DNA of 11,956 nucleotides from Promethearchaeati archaeon (GTDB lineage Archaea > Asgardarchaeota > Heimdallarchaeia > Heimdallarchaeales > Heimdallarchaeaceae): the NCBI GenBank assembly GCA_013166775.1, contig JABLTJ010000051.1, positions 1 to 11,956 on the forward strand, written 5' to 3'. The notes beneath the pieces are model-generated. The model saw only the letters and a program-made list of their open reading frames with translations. It made no database searches and was not told where the DNA came from. A program made the position numbers and the translations under genes. Within the stretch, counting starts at the first letter, position 1; the number at the start of each line of letters is the position of its first letter. Positions 7,812 to 11,956 of this stretch are shown here, in pieces.

Positions 7812-9494
7812 ATGAAAGCTTCAGACCTATTTGTAAAAGCATTAGAAAATGAAGGTGTGGAATATATTTTCGGTATTCCTGGGGAAGAAAATTTAGATTT
7901 GTTAGAATCTCTACGAACATCTTCCATTAAATTGATTCTTACTAGACATGAACAAGCTGCTGGATTTATGGCTGCGAGTTACGGTAGATTTACAGGTAAA
8001 GCAGGTGTTTGTCTTTCTACTCTTGGCCCAGGTGCAACGAATCTTGTAACAGCTGCTGCCTATGCTCAACTTGGCGGAATGCCTTTAGTCATGATTACTG
8101 GTCAAAAACCTATAAAATCTAGCAAGCAAGGCCGTTTTCAAATAGTGGACATTGTTAACATGATGAAACCTTTAACATATTCTACGAAGCAAATAGTAAA
8201 TGGTAACACTATACCATCAATAATAAGAGAATCTTTTAAACTGTCAGAAACAGAACGACCTGGTGCAACACATATTGAACTCCCTGAAGATATCGCAAGG
8301 GAAGATACAATCGTCCAAATTTTTGAAAAACATGATATAAGAAGACCATCAGCTGATAGTAAAGCAATCAATTCAGCTGTGAAAATGATTGAAACTGCCA
8401 AACATCCTTTGATACTAATCGGAGCTGGGGCCAATCGATCAAGAACTCACGATGCCTTATTAGAATTTGTAAATAAAACAGGAATTTTATTTTTTAACAC
8501 TCAAATGGCTAAAGGGGCAATCGATGAAAGACATCCACAATTCTTAGGAACAGCTGCTTTATCAGATAATGATTACCTTCATTGTGCAATTAGAAAAGCA
8601 GATCTAATCATTAATGTTGGACACGACATTGTTGAAAAACCGCCATTCTTCATGCGTCATGGTGATGCTAAAGTGATTCATGTAAATTACTTCAAAGCTC
8701 ATATAGACGATGTTTATTTCCCTCAGATTGAAGTGATTGGAGATATAGCAAATACTATAACAAAATTTACTGAAGCAATTAGCTTGAGTAACACATGGGA
8801 TTTTGATTATTTTAAACAAGTAAAAAAAGAAGTTGATGTTCATACTCAGCAAGATTCAGATTCTAATGAATTTCCTATCAAACCTCAGAGATTAGTTGCT
8901 GATGTTAGAAAAGCTATGACTGAAGATGGGATTATTGCTCTAGATAATGGGGTTTACAAAATTTGGTTTGCACGAAACTATTATGCTTATAATGCTAATA
9001 CAGTTTTATTAGACAATGCTTTAGCGAGTATGGGTGCTGGGTTACCTTCAGCTATTGCTGCTAAGATAGTTTATCCAGAGCAGAAAGTCTTAGCTATCTG
9101 TGGGGATGGAGGATTTATGATGAATTCTCAGGAACTTGAAACTGCAAAACGATTGAATCTTGATTTAACTGTATTGATCATCAATGATAGTAGCTATGGC
9201 ATGATTAAGTGGAAACAGAAATCTATGAATTTAGAAGAATGGGGATTAGATTTTGACAATCCTGATTTCGTTAAATATGCAGAAAGCTATGGAGCGAAAG
9301 GTTACAGAATAACTAAAACAGATGATTTGTTACCACAGTTACAGTATTGTCTCAATACTCCAGGTCTTCATATAATAGATATGCCCATAGATTATTCTGA
9401 GAATAGTAAAGTGTTAATTGATGAACTTCAAAGACTTGTTTGTATATTTGATCCTACATTTGAAGTATCTGAGGATGTCTCACTGATACTTTGA
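7812..9494 (+). CDS. Thiamine-diphosphate-dependent enzyme, acetolactate synthase large-subunit-like family; candidate 2-oxoglutarate decarboxylase
   Basis: MKASDLFVKALENEGVEYIFGIPGEENL; RHEQ catalytic Glu; STLGPGATN; ThDP motif GDGGFMMN...IINDSSYG. Start at ATG 7812 matches the usual family N-terminus (7803 is also possible). Confidence 0.93.
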   Translation: MKASDLFVKALENEGVEYIFGIPGEENLDLLESLRTSSIKLILTRHEQAAGFMAASYGRFTGKAGVCLSTLGPGATNLVTAAAYAQLGGMPLVMITGQKPIKSSKQGRFQIVDIVNMMKPLTYSTKQIVNGNTIPSIIRESFKLSETERPGATHIELPEDIAREDTIVQIFEKHDIRRPSADSKAINSAVKMIETAKHPLILIGAGANRSRTHDALLEFVNKTGILFFNTQMAKGAIDERHPQFLGTAALSDNDYLHCAIRKADLIINVGHDIVEKPPFFMRHGDAKVIHVNYFKAHIDDVYFPQIEVIGDIANTITKFTEAISLSNTWDFDYFKQVKKEVDVHTQQDSDSNEFPIKPQRLVADVRKAMTEDGIIALDNGVYKIWFARNYYAYNANTVLLDNALASMGAGLPSAIAAKIVYPEQKVLAICGDGGFMMNSQELETAKRLNLDLTVLIINDSSYGMIKWKQKSMNLEEWGLDFDNPDFVKYAESYGAKGYRITKTDDLLPQLQYCLNTPGLHIIDMPIDYSENSKVLIDELQRLVCIFDPTFEVSEDVSLIL

Positions 9495-9575
9495 GAATAT
9501 CTAGGGTTTTTTGTTCAAGAGTTACTGTTATATGCAAAATTTCACATAGTTAAATTATATATTTGAGTGATTAAA

Positions 9576-10943
9576 ATGGCTATTACATCAATTAATCCTG
9601 CTACAGGTGAAATAATTCAGGAATATAAAGAATATACTCCAGAAGAAGTTAAAGATATTATTAGTAAAACTGATGAAGAATTTAGACATTGGAGAAAAAT
9701 TCCTTTTAGTGAAAGAAGAATACTTATGCATAAGGCAGCTCAAATCTTGCGAGACAATAAAGAATCTTATGCAAAAATGTTGACTATGGAAATGGGAAAA
9801 ATCTTGAGAGATGCCATAGCTGAAGTGGAAAAATGTGCTTGGGTTTGTGATTTTTATGCTGAAAATACAGAAGAATATCTTAAACCTGAAATTGTTAAGA
9901 CTGAAGCTTCCAAAAGCTTTGTCAGCTTTCAACCTCTTGGAGTCATATTAGCTGTCATGCCTTGGAATTTTCCCTATTGGCAAGTTTTTCGTTTTGCTGC
10001 ACCAGCTCTTATGGCTGGCAATACCTGTATTTTGAAACATGCATCAAATGTTCCTGGTTCGGCATTAATAATTGAAGAAGTTTTCAACAAAGCTGGTTTT
10101 CCTGAAAATGCATTTCGAACCTTGTTAATAGGAAGTAGACAAGTAGAAACAGTTATTGAAAATGAAGCTGTTAAAGCTATAACTTTGACTGGTAGCACTC
10201 CAGCAGGAAAGGCTGTTGCTTCCAAAGCAGGATCTATGCTTAAGAAAACAGTTTTGGAATTAGGGGGAAGTGATCCATACATAATATTGGAAGATGCTGA
10301 TAATGAAGAAGCTGTGATGACTTGTGTGAATAGCAGATTGATAAATGCTGGGCAGAGTTGTATTGCTGCTAAAAGGTTTGTAGTCGTGAAACCAAAATAT
10401 GAAGAGTTTAAGAACGGATTTGTTGACTACATGAAGTCAATGAAAATGGGCGATCCATTAGATCCCTTAACTAATGTTGGTCCCCAAGCAAGATTGGATT
10501 TACGAGACGAACTTCACGACCAAGTCCAGAGAAGTATTGAGATGGGAGCAGAACTCCTACTTGGAGGGTATATCTCTGAAGGACCTGGTGCCTTTTATCC
10601 TCCAACTGTTTTGGCTAATGTTAAAAAAGGTATGCCAGCATATGATGAGGAATTATTTGGCCCAGTAGCAAGTATTATCGAGGCAAGGGATGAAGCTGAA
10701 GCAATTCTTATAGCTAATGATTCAGTTTTTGGATTAGGTGCCTCAATATTTACAAAAGATGTGAGAAAGGGTGAAAAAATAGCTGAAGAAGAGATTGAAG
10801 CGGGGAGTTGTTTTGTTAATACGTTTGTGAGATCAGATCCACGATTGCCATTTGGTGGAATTAAGCAGAGTGGATATGGAAGAGAACTCTCGAATTATGG
10901 TATTAGAGAGTTTGTAAATATCAAAACAGTTTATATCAAATAG
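9576..10943 (+). CDS. gabD: NAD(P)-dependent succinate-semialdehyde dehydrogenase (GabD1/Sad/SsaD-type ALDH)
   Basis: MAITSINPATGE; MPWNFPYWQVFRFAAPALMAGN; KHASNVP; TGSTPAG; catalytic LELGGSDP and GQSCIAAKR; EELFGP; PFGGIKQSGYGRELS. GAGTGA RBS at 9565-9570 favours ATG 9576. Confidence 0.93.
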   Translation: MAITSINPATGEIIQEYKEYTPEEVKDIISKTDEEFRHWRKIPFSERRILMHKAAQILRDNKESYAKMLTMEMGKILRDAIAEVEKCAWVCDFYAENTEEYLKPEIVKTEASKSFVSFQPLGVILAVMPWNFPYWQVFRFAAPALMAGNTCILKHASNVPGSALIIEEVFNKAGFPENAFRTLLIGSRQVETVIENEAVKAITLTGSTPAGKAVASKAGSMLKKTVLELGGSDPYIILEDADNEEAVMTCVNSRLINAGQSCIAAKRFVVVKPKYEEFKNGFVDYMKSMKMGDPLDPLTNVGPQARLDLRDELHDQVQRSIEMGAELLLGGYISEGPGAFYPPTVLANVKKGMPAYDEELFGPVASIIEARDEAEAILIANDSVFGLGASIFTKDVRKGEKIAEEEIEAGSCFVNTFVRSDPRLPFGGIKQSGYGRELSNYGIREFVNIKTVYIK

Positions 10944-11323
10944 ATTTGGGAAAATCCTTCGTTGTCAAAATCATTGAGAACAGCACTTATATAAGATTTG
11001 GATGAATTATTTCTATAACTTATAGAGTAGTTTTACAAATTCTCTCCAGAAATTTTTTTATTGTCTAAGCATTATAGATTTTTTGAAATGTCTGAAGAAG
11101 ATTCGAAGTCTAAAATAAAATGGATATTACTAAAGAGTCCCAAAGCAATTTGGTTAATATTCTACTAGACAATTATGTAGAATTCCACGTGTTACTGCAT
11201 CCTGATTACAAGTGTTTTGAAGATTTGGAAATCCATAGTCATTTCAACTCTAATCAATTCTAAATTCTTTTATAACATTCTTGCGCTAAATTTGGTAAAC
11301 ATAGCCTTTACTAGTATTATCAA

Positions 11324-11345
11324 TCAGAGATAATCTTATCTCTGA
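11324..11345. other. Inverted repeat (10-bp perfect arms, 2-nt spacer) in the convergent intergenic region
   Basis: tcagagataa-tc-ttatctctga, about 40 nt downstream of the flavoprotein gene's stop. Confidence 0.6.
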
Positions 11346-11382
11346 AAACTATCAATGTAATCAACAGGTTTCTTTTCTTAGT

Positions 11383-11956
11383 CTATACCATTCCTATCCG
11401 TATAAGAATACCAAATAGACCATTAAATAGTTTCAAAGTGAACTTCTGACCAAATGAGAGATCCAGATCGACAAAGAATTTCTTCGTAGAATAAAATCTA
11501 TAATCGGCAGAAGATTCATCTGTGTCTCCTTCATATACGGCTTTAAATGCCGAAAACCAAACTAGGTGGCCAAACGGGGGATTGTAGGTAAATGGTTTTT
11601 TCATCTTATTTACAAATTTTATTGCCTCTTTTTGTAATTTCTTAGATTGTTTTTCCCTTTTCTTATCATTCATACCTGGAGAGTTCATGACACCGATTTT
11701 GCTAACAACTTTTCCACCTGAGGCCATAAGTGCAAGGGCATTTGTTGCTTGTTTGATTCCTCTATAACTACCACTTGTAATAAGAATCATGAAACGTTGA
11801 TTAAAAAAACGCGGTCTATGCATCAGATAAGAAAAACGATCAATGTAATTTTTCATTCGCCAATTGACATTCATTGTATGATTGGGACTTGCTAGTATCA
11901 CTCCATCTGCTGATTCAATTTTTTCTATAATTATATCCCTATCATCCTCCAGAGGA
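11383..11956 (-). CDS. Iron-sulfur flavoprotein / FMN reductase, C-terminal part; open to the right edge
   Basis: The frame is open from the window end (PLEDDRDIIIEKIESADGVILASPNHTMNVNWRMKNYIDR...) to TAG at 11385-11383. The track's start at 11901 is an internal GTG. Joined with 1-276 across the repeat it gives 756 nt, 251 aa. Confidence 0.9.
   Translation of the reverse strand, partial: PLEDDRDIIIEKIESADGVILASPNHTMNVNWRMKNYIDRFSYLMHRPRFFNQRFMILITSGSYRGIKQATNALALMASGGKVVSKIGVMNSPGMNDKKREKQSKKLQKEAIKFVNKMKKPFTYNPPFGHLVWFSAFKAVYEGDTDESSADYRFYSTKKFFVDLDLSFGQKFTLKLFNGLFGILIRIGMV
11863..11956 (+). repeat. Terminal direct repeat, right copy (94 bp, identical to 1-94)
   Basis: Exact match to 1-94. 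Confidence 0.98.

Noticed and set aside
7812-9494. Gene symbol ilvB (biosynthetic acetohydroxyacid synthase)
   Set aside because: No regulatory subunit or ilv genes nearby; the context points to a decarboxylase/ALDH module.
8138-10668. ORFs 8138-8434, 8604-8852, 9588-9932, 9974-10282 (minus) and 10474-10668 (plus)
   Set aside because: Shadow or alternate-frame ORFs inside two highly conserved enzyme genes.
11088-11263. Short plus-strand ORFs (26 aa from 11088; 47 aa at 11120-11263)
   Set aside because: No RBS or recognisable motif, and lengths are compatible with chance.
1-11956. Virus, plasmid or transposon assignment; CRISPR array, tRNA or rRNA
   Set aside because: No hallmark genes, repeat-spacer array or structured RNA recognised. 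The terminal repeat lies mid-gene, unlike an LTR or att site.

Overview
AT-rich archaeal-looking DNA with TATA-box promoters and GGTGA/GAGTGA ribosome-binding sites. The gene style suggests an Asgard/Heimdallarchaeia-type host, which is inference only. The most striking property is that the first 94 nt (1-94) are identical to the last 94 nt (11863-11956). Joining the ends restores one intact 251-aa iron-sulfur flavoprotein (Isf/NADPH-dependent FMN reductase family) gene whose 5' half (1-276) the ORF track missed. The window therefore reads as an 11,862-bp circle or tandem-repeat unit, yet it has no recognisable replication, integrase, transposase or viral gene. Its cargo is: a winged-helix regulator divergent from a membrane-anchored NosD/beta-helix surface protein, with a 42-bp palindrome between their TATA boxes; a small hydrophobic ORF; a ~1,200-aa surface protein (2 Ig-like repeats, 2 FN3 domains, a Ca-binding-type motif, an internal hydrophobic helical segment, C-terminal anchor); a ~7-TM membrane protein; and a ThDP enzyme (acetolactate-synthase-like) plus succinate-semialdehyde dehydrogenase pair that mirrors the cyanobacterial OgdA/SsaD TCA-cycle shunt.
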